From Amoebidium appalachense (lineage: Eukaryota; Protista; Ichthyosporea), in assembly GCA_963693365.1 (NCBI GenBank), contig CAVNZM010000010.1:2666001-2730000 (forward strand): a stretch of 64,000 nt of DNA. Direction: 5' to 3'. Under the pieces are notes generated by a model. It saw only the letters and a program-made list of their open reading frames with translations. It had not been told where the DNA came from and ran no database searches. Below are positions 14,032 to 25,892 of the stretch, piece after piece (positions within the stretch are counted from its first letter, which is position 1; the number at the start of each line of letters is the position of its first letter). A program made the translations under genes and the position numbers.

Positions 14032-15404
14032 GGGGGGAGGGGGGTGGAGAAAGGGGGAGGGGGGGGGGGTAGATTATGGGGCAGAGTGAGGGGGGGCGGA
14101 AGAGGGAGAGAGAGGGCAACAAACAGGCAAGTGGTATGTGACCAGTGAGTGGGCCTACAGCTGTACTACGAGGGGGGCATGAGCATGGCCGTGGAGTGTG
14201 ATGTGGGCTATGACCATGCAGCTGCTGCCACGGCAAACACAACCACGGCTGACCCAACTAGCCCGGCAGCGTAGGTGGCCCCCAGCTGAGTGAATGGCTG
14301 CTTGGTGCATGCATTGCGGCAATTTATTCAACTGCCCGCTAAAGGAGTTGTGGCAGTTGGGGGGTGATATTGTTTAGGGGCATTGCCGCAAACATACTAG
14401 GACCTGTATCGTGGACAGTATTTGTGGCATCTGTCGGTGTCGTGGGAGGATTGTGGCCTTTGGCCAGTGGTCGGGAAGGTGTGTCTGTGGTGGCCGGGGG
14501 TGCGATGGGGAAGGAGGGGGGGAAGGGAGGGGGGGGAGGATGAAGGGGGGGGGGGGGGGGGGGGGGAGGGGAGGGGGGGTGAGGGGATGAGGGGGGGGGG
14601 GAGGGGGGAGGGTGATGGTGTGGTGCTAAGTGGTTGCACGTACAGGGGGTGCAGCTAGCGGCAAGGAGGGGGGCAGGCTCAAGTCGCGGCTGATCAACAC
14701 GGTGGCTAACATGGTTGCTGGAACTGGCGGCACCGCCCCCGTCACAATCAGGCTGGCCGTGCAGGTGTCGTGGACGTTATGTGCATGGGGCATATGTGCT
14801 GGGCATGTAGGGGGTGGGCACTTGATTGTTGTTGTTTTTGGATTGCGGGAGACATTTTTTCCATTCCCTCTCTCCCTCTCTCCCACTCTACCTCCCGCCC
14901 TCCGTCCCCTCCCCTCCTTTCCCCCTTCCGTCCCTCCGTCCCTCCTTCCCTCCCTTCCCCGCCGCTCCTTTCCTCCTTCCCTCCCTTGCTTTCTCCCCCC
15001 ACCCCACCCCTCTCCCTACCCCTCCCCTCTTTGCCCTCTCTCACTCTACATCTTGCTCTCCCTCTCCCTCTCCCTCTTCCTCTCCCTTCTCCTTCTCTCT
15101 CCCTTCTCCCCCCCCCCCCCCCCTCCCCCCCCTCCCCCCCGGTGGTCTTCTCACCGATTGCTGGCTTCCACACAGTTGCGGCACATCTACGGGGACCTCA
15201 TTCTGCAGGTGACACCCCCACCAACAGACCGTATATGGTAAACACCCTCCCCCCCCTTCCCCCCCACTTGCCTCGCTTCTGTTTTTCCATCCGCTTGCGA
15301 CAGAAAGGCCTACCTTGGCATTGAATACCGCCGCAGATGATGGAAGGCAACAGATAGGAGTAGGGTCGGGGTGGCTAACAGTGATAAGTGGGGTGCGGAG
15401 TGTT

Positions 15405-15499
<95 letters not shown>

Positions 15500-16958
15500 G
15501 CTGAAGCAGAGATGTGCACGTGCAGGCTGAGCTTCAGGGAGCCCCCCGAGCTGGAGGTGGAGGTGCAGCCGCCACAGGTGGGGCTGAAGGCATTCAGCAT
15601 GGTGGCACTGATAGACTTCATCAAGAGCAAGCTCAAGGTGAATGGCCACACGTGCACACATGTGCACACACATGCACACGTGCGCACATGCGCACATACA
15701 CACGGAGTGCATGCGCAGCACGCAAGATCGTACGTACACATGCCCGCACGCACGCGGGCACACATGCACACATTCACACATGCATGTGTAGCCACAGATC
15801 GTACTTACACACACCCGCGTGCACACCTACGCAGAGGCGCATACACATAACACACACCAGGTGCGCACACACAGGCACACACACAAATATCTGTGCAGCG
15901 CTCACCATGCATGCCTGCAAACCCCCCACAGTGTTACATGCGCACGGGCCCACATTAGGCGTCTCTCTCTCCCCCCCCCCCCCCCCCCCCCTTCCCCCTG
16001 TCTGCCCACGCGGCAAACAAACACACACAGGCACGCACACACACCATCTGTGCAGGGCACACCATGCATGCCACCTGTCATGCATGTTGTGCTGATGTTG
16101 TGTTGGTGTGCAGGAGGTGTTTATGGAGCGCTGGGTGCTACCTGGGATGGCCGACATGCACATGAGCCTGCTCGAGGCCTCCACCAGGCCACCCCCCAGC
16201 CCACACGACGACCACACCGGGTGGGTGTCCTGTGCACACACGTGCACTCACGCCATGCCAGACCTGGCCACCACCTAAAGCACAGCACCACACACAACAC
16301 CTTGCGACTCGTTGACTGCACGTGCATGCACCCACTTGCCCCTTCCTTCCCATATTGTCCACTAAAGCTGTTGAGACCATCTCCCCCCCCCCCCCCCCCT
16401 GGGGCCGCCGCCCAGGGGCTCGTACCAGGAAACACCTGATCACTTTTGAGCAATTCCAGAACTCTACAGTTGGATTTTCCCTGCCGAAACCTACTGCTCC
16501 CCCCCCCCTCCCTGGGGCCGCCGCCCAGGGGCTCGTACCAGGAAACACCTGATCACTTTTGAGCAATTCCAGAACTCTACAGTTGGATTTTCCCTGCCGA
16601 AACCTACTGCTCGAAAGTCTGAATGACTGTGCATTCATCCCTATAGTTGGTGTTGCATGCTTTGCAATGCTATGCCTGAATCTAATGTTACCATCGTTCA
16701 CTACTTATCACCCTGCTGACACCCACCCATGCCTCCAGGCCCACTCCTGACACTGCCCCCGACCGGCCCACCAACCCACCCGCACCACCCCGGCCAGCCA
16801 CAATGCCCCTACAGGCCTCACCGGGCCCAGGCCGGGGCAGTGGTATGGGCCCAGTGTCCCCCGTATCGAGTATGGGCAGTAACATGGGGGGGGTAGGGGG
16901 AGACCAGCCGAGGCCACGGCCACTGGGCAGTAGTGACAGCCTGACTGCGGCAATATGA
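3960..16958 (+). CDS. TEX2: TEX2/Nvj2-like ER contact-site lipid transfer protein (N-terminal TM, PH domain, Pro-rich linker, SMP-LTD domain); many exons
   Basis: Exon 3960-4045 [28 protein letters not shown] (TM). PH segments [22 protein letters not shown]|[19 protein letters not shown]...[11 protein letters not shown]|EQWFYAL. SMP segments [53 protein letters not shown]|[22 protein letters not shown]|[15 protein letters not shown]. Last exon 16739-16958 ends in TGA. Some small internal exons are unresolved. Confidence 0.85.
6942..7086 (+). repeat. 24-bp tandem repeat x6 in a TEX2 intron
   Basis: Unit GTCACGTGCCCTAATGCACGTGCA; contains CTAAT, CACGTG and a CAG at each unit junction. Confidence 0.9.
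7802..8500. mobile_element. Inverted pair of MITE copies forming a hairpin of about 700 bp
   Basis: Copy 1 (7802-8171) has TIRs of about 50 bp (TAGACATGTTTTACCATAACACATTTTGTTTCGAATAT... / ...ATTCGAAACAAAATGTGTTATGGTAAAATATGTCTA). 8179-8500 is a near-identical reverse complement of 7802-8119. Termini are TA-bounded. Confidence 0.85.
11714..13113 (+). repeat. 45-bp perfect tandem repeat x31 spanning a TEX2 exon end and 5' splice site
   Basis: Unit CAACCCCCCGATCATAGAG|GTAACACCACAACACACCCACACACC; reads [15 protein letters not shown] in the TEX2 frame. No spacers, so not a CRISPR array. Confidence 0.95.
16398..16612 (+). repeat. Direct tandem duplication with a 113-bp period
   Basis: CCTGGGGCCGCCGCCCAGGGGCTCGTACCAGG...AAACCTACTGCTC occurs at 16398-16499 and 16511-16612, each copy preceded by a C-run. 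Confidence 0.9.
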
Positions 16959-17894
16959 GTTTTTGCTGTGTTGATGGCGTGTGGCTGTCTTAGTGGCATC
17001 TACCCATGCATGTGCGCAAACACGAAACGCGTGTATGCGTGCATGCACACATAAGAAGACACATGTGCGCGTGGCCCATACATGTGTCTATGTAGGGATG
17101 GTTTGCTGGACTCGCAAGAAGGCCGATCTCACACGCACAAACCCAATTTGAACTCAAATTTGCTGAGAGCACGCAAGGATGCATGCACGCACAAACACAG
17201 ATACAGACACGTACACATGCACATGCCGGCACGCACAGTGACCAAGACAAGTTGTACACAAGCACTATCTATGGCTGTGATGGAAAACCGTGTTGTGCAG
17301 CTCTTTTGTTGGTTTTTTTTTTTGCTTGTTTGCTGCCTTGCGGCGCCAGCACAATGCATCACGTTGTTTTTAGCTGGGCTTTCACTTTGCATGGCCGCTC
17401 TGAAAGTTCCTTGTGGATGGTAGATGTAATGCACTACATATTGATGTTGGTGGGACGGTAGTAGGGAAAATACTGTATTTTTTTGGGACCAAGTGGTATG
17501 GAATGAAGGCTCGTATTAGCGCCTAGTTAGTTATGTGGCGCCTTGCAGGGATTGCTTGGGAGCGATCATAGGCAGTTAGACTTAATTACTATTGTAGGAG
17601 GATATGCCAGGGCAGATATACCCAGGATGAGGATATGCTACACCAGATACTATATTTGGAGGATATATATACCAGCAGACTATGACTGCAACATGTACAA
17701 ACATCTCAGCATATATGTCACCCTCGGGTACGAACGTGCCGCCAATTATTATAATATGGTTGTGTGCAATATGTACTAATGTAAATGCAGAGCACAGCTT
17801 GAAATGAAACGACATCCTATATGCATGGCTGTGCCATTTTCCTCGTGCCTCATCAGACTCTGTAATATTGACAACAAGTTTGAATTTGTTCAAG

Positions 17895-17930
<36 letters not shown>

Positions 17931-17960
17931 ACACACACGCACGCACGCACACACACATGT

Positions 17961-18039
<79 letters not shown>

Positions 18040-18042
18040 AAA

Positions 18043-18076
<34 letters not shown>

Positions 18077-18934
18077 CTGCTGAAGAGCGGTACAGGGGTA
18101 GGCTATCTTTAAGATTTTCCGAATATAAGATTCTAGCGCTAGATATTTTGAAAAATTCAAGAACCTGGCTAGCCCCCATTGCAGGTACGAAAAATAAGAT
18201 TTGTTCTTGTGGGGTGCTGGAATTACGATGCTCCGACTTAGTCTAGCTGGCTGCGGCCGGAATCCAAGTAATTTTGTATTCGGCCTGCCACTCCTGTAAC
18301 CCCCTCCCTGCTCTTTTTTGTACTGGTATGTCATAAAATATGATCTGGATTGGGCCCCAATATAGCGCTATCACATGGCCCTCAACTGATCATAATCGAT
18401 ACACCAACCTACCCATGTATACTGTACGTACGTGCACTCCACCAGCCTCCTCCTAGGCCTGCCCTACCGTGACCGTGACACTACGCCGGGTCCAGGCAAT
18501 GCCTATTCTCTAACCGCGGTGCACTGCAGTGCACATCATGTTCTTCGGCCACTGCTTTAATTGCCTGCACGTGCGACTGCCAGGTTATACACGGTGTGGC
18601 CTAGAATGTGCTAGCTGCCGTGGTCACTGTATGGCTGTGCAGGTACACTCATCCTCTGTCTGTCAAGGCTGCTGAAAGTTATTGCGACTGGCACATGCAC
18701 TGCAGCACCAACACCCCACCGTCCCAGCGCTGCAATCGTATGGTATGCATGCTGCTACACTATGTATACACACGCACATACTTAGAAAGTTGACCGCCGG
18801 GTCATGGACACTATAGGCGGCTTTTAAACTTAATTCGGCACTAGCTCGGGGGATATTTAATTTACGGATATATATTAAAAAAATGAAGGTGGGCTTTAAT
18901 GAAGTTAAGCAGGCTCTGCGGCCGGTAAGTACGT

Positions 18935-18966
<32 letters not shown>

Positions 18967-19573
18967 GGGGGGGGTTGGCTTATTATGCTCCGGTTCGGTG
19001 GTGACCTGGCCCGAAAGTTGGTCACCGTGTTGGCAATGTTGGTGCACTTGGGAACGACGATGTCCGCTGGGCTCGCCTGAAAATTAGTCGACACCAAAAT
19101 AGTGCCCGGTGCCATTTTTTGCAGCCGTTTGTACTGTTTGAGCAATTTTTTACCCGTATATATTCTACATGAATGACACGCTCGAGCAGCTTGCATAGTG
19201 GCTTTTTTCTTAAAATCTAACATAAGAAATTTGCGCCTAGAGATTTCCATTGTCAGCCATCCGATCCCTGCAGGGGAGGGGGAGGGGGGGAGGGGGAGGG
19301 GGCAGAGGGAGGGGGTAGGCTAGTGGCCGGGCATGGTTGTGGTCACGGTGGTGGTTGTACAAGCCGAAGCGTTGGGCGAGGTGAGTCCGGAAGGGGGAGG
19401 GGTGGGGGAGGAAGGGGGAAGAGGGGGGGGTAAGGGGCCGAGGGGGGGGGGCCCGGGGGCGGAGGGGCGGGGGGAGAGGGGGGGGGGGGGAGGGGGGGGG
19501 GGGGGGAAGGGGAGGAATGAGAGGGGGGGGGGGGGGGGGGGGGGGGGAGGGGGGGGGGAGGGGGACTTCAAGG

Positions 19574-20044
19574 GAGGCCCCAACCACATGGGCAGAGTCA
19601 ACTTGCAAAAAGCAAAAAATTTCTGCAAAAGCGGAATTATTCTGTAAAAGGCGGAATCATTCTGCAAAAAGCAGAATTATTCTACAAAAGCAGAAGAATT
19701 CTGCTAAAACGCAGAATCACTCTGCTTTTAGCAGAATTATTCTGCTATTAGCAGAAATATTCTGCTTTTAGCAGACTTATTCCGCAAAAAGCAGAATTAT
19801 TCCAGCTGCTTTCGACAGCTGAACTTCAGGCTTTTAGCAGAACGATTCTCCTGTTTGCAGAATAATTCTGCTTGTAGCAGAATGATTCTGCAAAAGCAGA
19901 ATGATTCTGCTTTTAGCAAATTGATTCTGCTTTTAGCAGATTGATTTTGCTTTTGCAGAACAATTCTGCTTTTAGCAGAATAATTCTGTTTTTTGCAGAA
20001 TAATTCTGTTCGGAGCACGTTTTAGCCAATGTGGTTGGGGCCTC
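19574..20044. mobile_element. Non-autonomous foldback element/MITE (Sola2-like GAG...CTC termini) filled with palindromic units of about 21 bp
   Basis: TIR GAGGCCCCAACCACATGGGC (19574-19593) versus GCCAATGTGGTTGGGGCCTC (20025-20044), 1 mismatch. AAGG flanks both ends (4-bp TSD). The interior is roughly 18-20 copies of AAAAGCAGAATTATTCTGC in both orientations. Confidence 0.8.
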
Positions 20045-20258
20045 AAGGGTGCCACTGGATGCTTGGACCGGTGGTAATAGTGGTGGTGTTCCGTCACGCG
20101 TGATGGATGGTGGTGGCGGTTACCGTAGTGAGGTGATGGTGGTGCACAGGCATGCTTTTTTTTGTTTCTTTCTTTTTTTTTTTGGGTGTGGCAAGTACAC
20201 GCAGTGGTGGTGGTGGTGGACACCAGGTGGTGGTGGTGGTAGGTGTTGGTGGTACTCT

Positions 20259-20302
<44 letters not shown>

Positions 20303-20327
20303 CTCAGGGGGGAGGGGGCTATATCGA

Positions 20328-20397
<70 letters not shown>

Positions 20398-22196
20398 AAA
20401 AAAAAAAAAGTGCACCACCGTCTGCAGCTTCAAGAACGGTGACCACGGCACCACCACCTCGTGTGATCACAGCTGGTACCACCACTAGCTAGCCAAACCC
20501 CCCCTCCTTCCCCTCCACCTTCCCCTCCGATTCGAGGCCTCCCGGCCCCCCTCCCCCCCCCCCCCCCCAACAACCACCACCACCACCAGGCACCACCACC
20601 ACCACCACCACCACCACCACCACCACCACGTGCACCACCACCACCGCTATCATACAATGGCCCGGGGCTGCAGGAGGCGGCGTTGGAATTCGCCAACATT
20701 TTCGCCAACACGTTGCACAAATTTTTGGCAAAATCCAGCAAGATCATTCACCAAACTTTCTGGTGATGTCGGATGGATAGTTAGGCTATTGACATCGATA
20801 GATTATATTACATATGTTGCACTCCCTTTGAGACTCCCCACCCCCACGTGCACCGACATCACCAACACCGTCCACTGACCCAATAGTCACGTGTACAGTA
20901 GGCGTGTCCTTGTCAAATTTTGCGGAAGGACGCGATAACACAACACAGTGACGTAAGCTGTCTAACCAGATCCGCAATGATGGGGACTGGTGCAAAATGT
21001 TTGATCAGATCAGTTGACAGCTGCCTAAACAGCACTAGATCTGGTACTACCAAAAACACGTGAGGCATAAAAAACCGCAAACAGGAATTTCAAGAAACCC
21101 AAAAGCATAACAAACAAACATTATACTTTAAAGTAAACTACAAATATTGAGGTACTCTATACGTTTTTGCTATTTTTTCTTATTTTTTGATTAATTCTAG
21201 CTATAGGTCTTATGATCAGATCGATCATGTTTTGCTATAGCATTGCGAGCTCAGAAGAAAAAAACCTCGCTCGCTCTACTTTCTGCAGAAATTTTAAACA
21301 GGGATTGCAGTCAGCTAAAAATATATGCTAAAAGTGTTAGTTTTAATGCACCAACCAGAGCCGTTTGTGTTTCTATAAGCTTTGAGTAACCCTACCTGAA
21401 ACCTAACGGTTGCTTTTGGTTGCCTCTTGCCGCTCCAAGTCACGCAAGCTTCAAGGCAGATCCCGTAGATCAGGGTTCGAATCGGAATGCCTCGCGGAAC
21501 CCTGAGCCGCGGCGCCGCTTCAAATTACCCATGATCTATTTTTCTTTTTCTTTTTATGTACATTCGTACCTAAGATACTATATCTTCTTGTATGCATCTT
21601 TACGTAATTAATGATCAAGCTAAAGTACTGTATAATAAAACCTTTCGCGAGCAAGCTTTTGAGGGTTGACAATAACATTAGCTATACTTGTTTTCCGGTA
21701 AAAAGTAAAAACAATTCGGAAATCAACTATATCCCAATCCCAAATGATTTATTCAACCGAACGTTTGTTGGCCAATCACGTACCACACTTCGTGCTTTTA
21801 TGCGCTTTATAATGTTATTCAATCTGGAAATTTTGCCGAAGTCTAATTAGGCGGCTGGCGTCCGTTGCGGGACCCTATCATATATGGACCACTTTGGATC
21901 TACTATCCCAAAATCGATCAATTTTTTACTTCGCTCAAACTCCCGAGGTTGGCAGCCATAGGGCCTGCAATCAGACGGTCCCCAGCACTAGCCCCACGCA
22001 AACGTTTCGTGTGCAGCTACATAAAGCCTTCACGTTCGCTTCGACTCCCACACGCTGTCATATTGTAGCTGTGCAGCATAAACTTGCGAAATTTTTGTCT
22101 CTTTAACTGTAGTTTTATGTTTAAGTTTTTCAAAAAAAAATTGGGCTGATCTTTGAGTGAATCACACACCCACTTTCACAACACTCGCAATACACC

Positions 22197-22613
22197 ATGG
22201 GTGTCGAAGGTTTACTGCCTGCTTTGGGCGTTTCAGAACAGAAACGCGCCTGCTTTCTTCCCAACTCACTCTCTGGTCATAGAATAGGCATTGACGTGTC
22301 AACCGTTATATACAACGTGATCGCTCAGTCCACCTTTTCCCAACACGTAGCAAAATACAACCACGACAACATTAACATGCCATCCAAAAAATGAGCAAAC
22401 ATCACAAACTCCATTCTGGAAAAGATTAGCTCATACGTTTCAGAGCTCAACTGTATTCCGGTGTGTGTTTTTGGTGGGGAACCGGCACCCAGTAAAGAGC
22501 ACACGAGGGCTGAAAGAATTACTAACAAGAAGAATGCATACAACGCCGGAGAGTATGCTAAGGCTGTCAGCCCCCCCTCCGGCCTGGTACGCCTGGTTAT
22601 GGACACACTGCGG
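22197..22613 (+). pseudogene. Exo1/FEN1/XPG-family 5' nuclease N-terminal domain carried by the transposon; disrupted and truncated
   Basis: MGVEGLLPAL...GHRIGIDVSTVIY...(TGA at 22392)...CIPVCVFGGEPAPSKEHTRAER...AKAVSP...VMDTLR matches the XPG_N pattern MGxxGL..D..P.xVFDG.xxxxKxx..xR. It has an in-frame stop and VFDG changed to VFGG, and no XPG_I (EAD) exon was found after the CA-repeat. Confidence 0.75.
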
Positions 22614-22669
22614 GCAAACACACACACACACACAGACACACAGACACAGACACACACACACACACTGCA

Positions 22670-22750
<81 letters not shown>

Positions 22751-22757
22751 ACACACA

Positions 22758-22794
<37 letters not shown>

Positions 22795-23075
22795 ACACAC
22801 ACACCACACAAACACACACACACACACATACTTATATGAGCTCAGGCTTAAATCATTCTCTTACCCATTTACAAGACATCCCCTTCCTTCCTTCCCCAGT
22901 CTGTCCCACTGCCCCCCCGCCCCCATCCCATCCCCATGATGCCCCCTCCCCCCCCCCTCCCCCCCCCCTCCCTCCGAAATATTGATCCCCCCTCTCTCTC
23001 CCCCCCCCCCCCCCATCCCCCACTTCACCGAAGGCTAACAGCACGGCATAGCCCATGCTCTCCCCCTCCCCCGGG

Positions 23076-23155
<80 letters not shown>

Positions 23156-23385
23156 AGAGAGAGATATCTGTTCACTGAATCTTGTTTCTCAGACCCTTTC
23201 TCTTCCATCCCTCCTCCCCCCCTCCCCCCCCCCACCCCCCCCCCCCCTCCCACACACCCATCCACCATGCAAAGAGGAAAAAGAAAGATTGAGTGGCAGG
23301 GGTGACCGAAGGGTAGGGGGGGGGGGGGGGGGGGGGGGGAGCAACTGCATTTAATGAACCTCGAACCCATGCCAATACGTGCTCT

Positions 23386-25058
23386 TTATTTTTTTGCCTC
23401 CTCCACCACCAGCGGCCGCTGGAAATTGGTGAGGAAGGCACAGACCAAGAACACAGAGTGAGCAATTTTAAATTGCGTCACGGGGATGGGGGCATTTAGC
23501 CACTTATAGCTCTTGATTCTAGCTATTGCCCTTTCTACGTGAATGTGGAGGGAGGCAATACTGCGGCCTTCGGCTGCCTGCTTCCCCGTAAATTGCCTAA
23601 TACCATCTCTCTTGAAGGGGGCTGGAAACAGTGGAGGCCTGCCATTTCACACTGTTCCCTAATATGCACACCTTTATCTATCATTATGCCCATGCCCTTA
23701 GGTACCTTAGCAATAACACGCGCATTCTGGCACATTATCTTATCGGATGCACCACCCCCATTGGCACCCTCCACTAAGCCCACACGCAGTGAGGGCAAAA
23801 CTCCCACAAGCCACTTTAAGGTATGCCGTTGCTTATAATCACTCCACATGAGAGACGCGAGGTGTGCGTCTGAAGAGATCTCACCAATGATCTCTGTAGC
23901 ATCTAGAATGATACCGGTTTCCCTATACTGGGGACTGTCCTTAAAGAGCTTGTGTGCATCTGCTTCTAATTCTTCCTTCGAAGGAAGGTCAGGAAACAAG
24001 AACTGCACCACCCCAACCAAAAACATAACCCGTGCACGAAATATGGTGCTTACTGTTGCTTCACTTACACCGAACAGGTAGCCCATGTGCTCCTGTGGGA
24101 ATCCCTGCCTCATATACACCAGCGTAAGCAGAATCTCGTTGTCCCAACTGAGTTTTCGAGCTGGACCGTTGTGTGCCTTTGGCTTCCCCTCCATGTTCAG
24201 GTTTGCCCCGCCCACCATCTCGCATATTTCCAAAAACAACGACAAAACGGTCCAGTTGGGAAACCCTGTGTACGTGCTTACTAACTTATCGTTGTCCTTG
24301 ATCATGTCTATGGACATGCGCGTGATCTTTTCCTTCTTTATCGAAAGTAGCTCGTTCTGTAGTTCCAGGTTTTCTTTCAAACTAGCTGTCGTTTCTTTCG
24401 CACACTTTTCCGCCTCTGCTTTCATTTGGTCCACTTTGCATAACGCCATACTTAGCTGCGCAGCCAAACCCTTATTCCCTGCGAGCACACTATTTGCCCA
24501 CACATCTGCTGCAGACAGCTTTTCGTCCCTTTCCTCGATTTGTTTGTCCTTCTCGGCTAGTTCCGCCTCTAGCCTGCGCAACTCGGCGTTTTTCTCGTCC
24601 AACATAGCCTGGAGTTGTTCGATTGTGCACGGGGGGGGCGGTTCCTGTTCCTCCTGTGCGTTTTGGATCTCATCTCTCGCTCGTTTTGCAGCTCTCTCTC
24701 TGCGCTCTGTGTCTAGTTTCCTTTTACGCTCAGCCTCATCCTTGTAATACCCGGGTATTTCGACACCCTCAGGCACCGCTAGGCGTCCGTTGCTTACATC
24801 ATCCGACCACGCTCGCGGAAGGGCCTTGGGTTTTAGAGGTTTGTTTTCACGGTCACCATTCTCAAACTGGTCATCATCAAAGTGGTCGCGGCAAAGCCGC
24901 AGGTTTTTACTGTTTTTCTTTAATTCGACCCATTCTTCAGTGCGTCCCACCCTAAGAAAAACCTCAGTTGCATACTCAGGACCCTTTATTTGTACAAACT
25001 TAGGAACACCGTTTTTCTGTTTTTTGGAACAGAGAGCGTGGTTACACTTCTGGACCAT
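23386..25058 (-). CDS. THAP + coiled-coil + HTH + DDE_Tnp_4 transposase with one frameshift near 23615
   Basis: THAP C-x4-C...RLCRDHF...LKPKALP; HTH YTGFPNW...EILLTLVYMRQGFPQEHMGYLFGVSEATVS; catalytic IILDATE, WSDYKQRHTLKWLVG, GGGASDK, IMIDKG. A one-base frame change restores PPFKRDGIRQFT...IASLHIHVERAIARIKSYKWL...VCAFLTNFQRPLV to the stop at 23386-23388. Confidence 0.9.
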
Positions 25059-25201
25059 TTTTTCGCTACTGTGCAGGCCCACATAGGGCCGTTAGCCGGC
25101 AGCACATCCTGCACCTAAGCAAAAATGTGCGTGAGCTAACAAACAATTGTTGTATGTAATAAACTTTTTTTGCGAAAACCCTCTTTTTTCCCTTCTAAGG
25201 G

Positions 25202-25265
25202 TTGGTGGGAAAGTGGTACGTTGCTGCACGTGTTACGCGTTGGCGGGGAAAGTTTCCCGCCAAAA
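25202..25265. promoter_or_regulatory. Cluster of E2F-like sites upstream of the transposase
   Basis: TTGGTGGGAAA (25202), TTGGCGGGGAAA (25240) and TTTCCCGCCAAAA (25253). Confidence 0.45.
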
Positions 25266-25892
25266 CCCATGGGGCGGGCTAGGCCCTATGGGTCATGAGC
25301 CACATTCCACAAATCGGCCTATTATAGATCCAAAGTGGTCCTATGGGATCATGAGAGATCTCGATCGCAGTACGCGCATCGCGCGGGATACGCTAGCACA
25401 TATATGGGCTATGTGCTGCTGTATCAGCACAAAAGACGTAGTACGGCATGTACAAGCTAATATTGCACAGTTAGTGTAAAATCATGTATCTGCATGGTTG
25501 TTATGCAATATGCCCATGCCATGTGACTGATTGTCGGGCCAAAAAAAGAAAAAGTAAAAAACGTACCTATTTTACCTCGGCGCATACCAGGCTGCTGATT
25601 GGCTACTTTTATCCCTTGGCTATCTATTTGTAGTACGTACGTTTTGTCAGCGTGCAGCGAATCTGTTGTCTGTACACTTTCCACCTAACGTTTTGTGGCC
25701 AGCACGCATATGCGTACTATACAGCTAGCTGCCCATTCCTGCACCACGCGCACTGAGGCACACATACCACGGGCCGCTCCACACACAAACGCAAAGACCA
25801 CAATACCCTTACTGTTCGGGATCTTAGCCAGTCACCCACCCCACCATACCTCCGGCTGCCCTTTCTGCTAGCAGCTTTTTTGCAGGGGCACA

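Larger units (their letters stand above)
21886..25341. mobile_element. ISL2EU-like (PIF/Harbinger group) DNA transposon, 3456 bp, with two convergent ORFs
   Basis: Perfect 17-bp TIRs GGACCACTTTGGATCTA (21886-21902) / TAGATCCAAAGTGGTCC (25325-25341). TAT flanks both ends (21883-21885, 25342-25344). Contains a THAP-DDE transposase and an XPG/Exo1-like ORF. Confidence 0.9.

Noticed and set aside
18091-18298. Possible hAT-like MITE (CAGGGGTAGGC ... GCCACTCCTG)
   Set aside because: The TIR match is short and imperfect, and there is no 8-bp TSD.
22392-22394. In-frame TGA read as selenocysteine or an alternative genetic code
   Set aside because: The ORF has other lesions and TGA terminates genuine genes here (TEX2, trypsin); simple decay is more likely.
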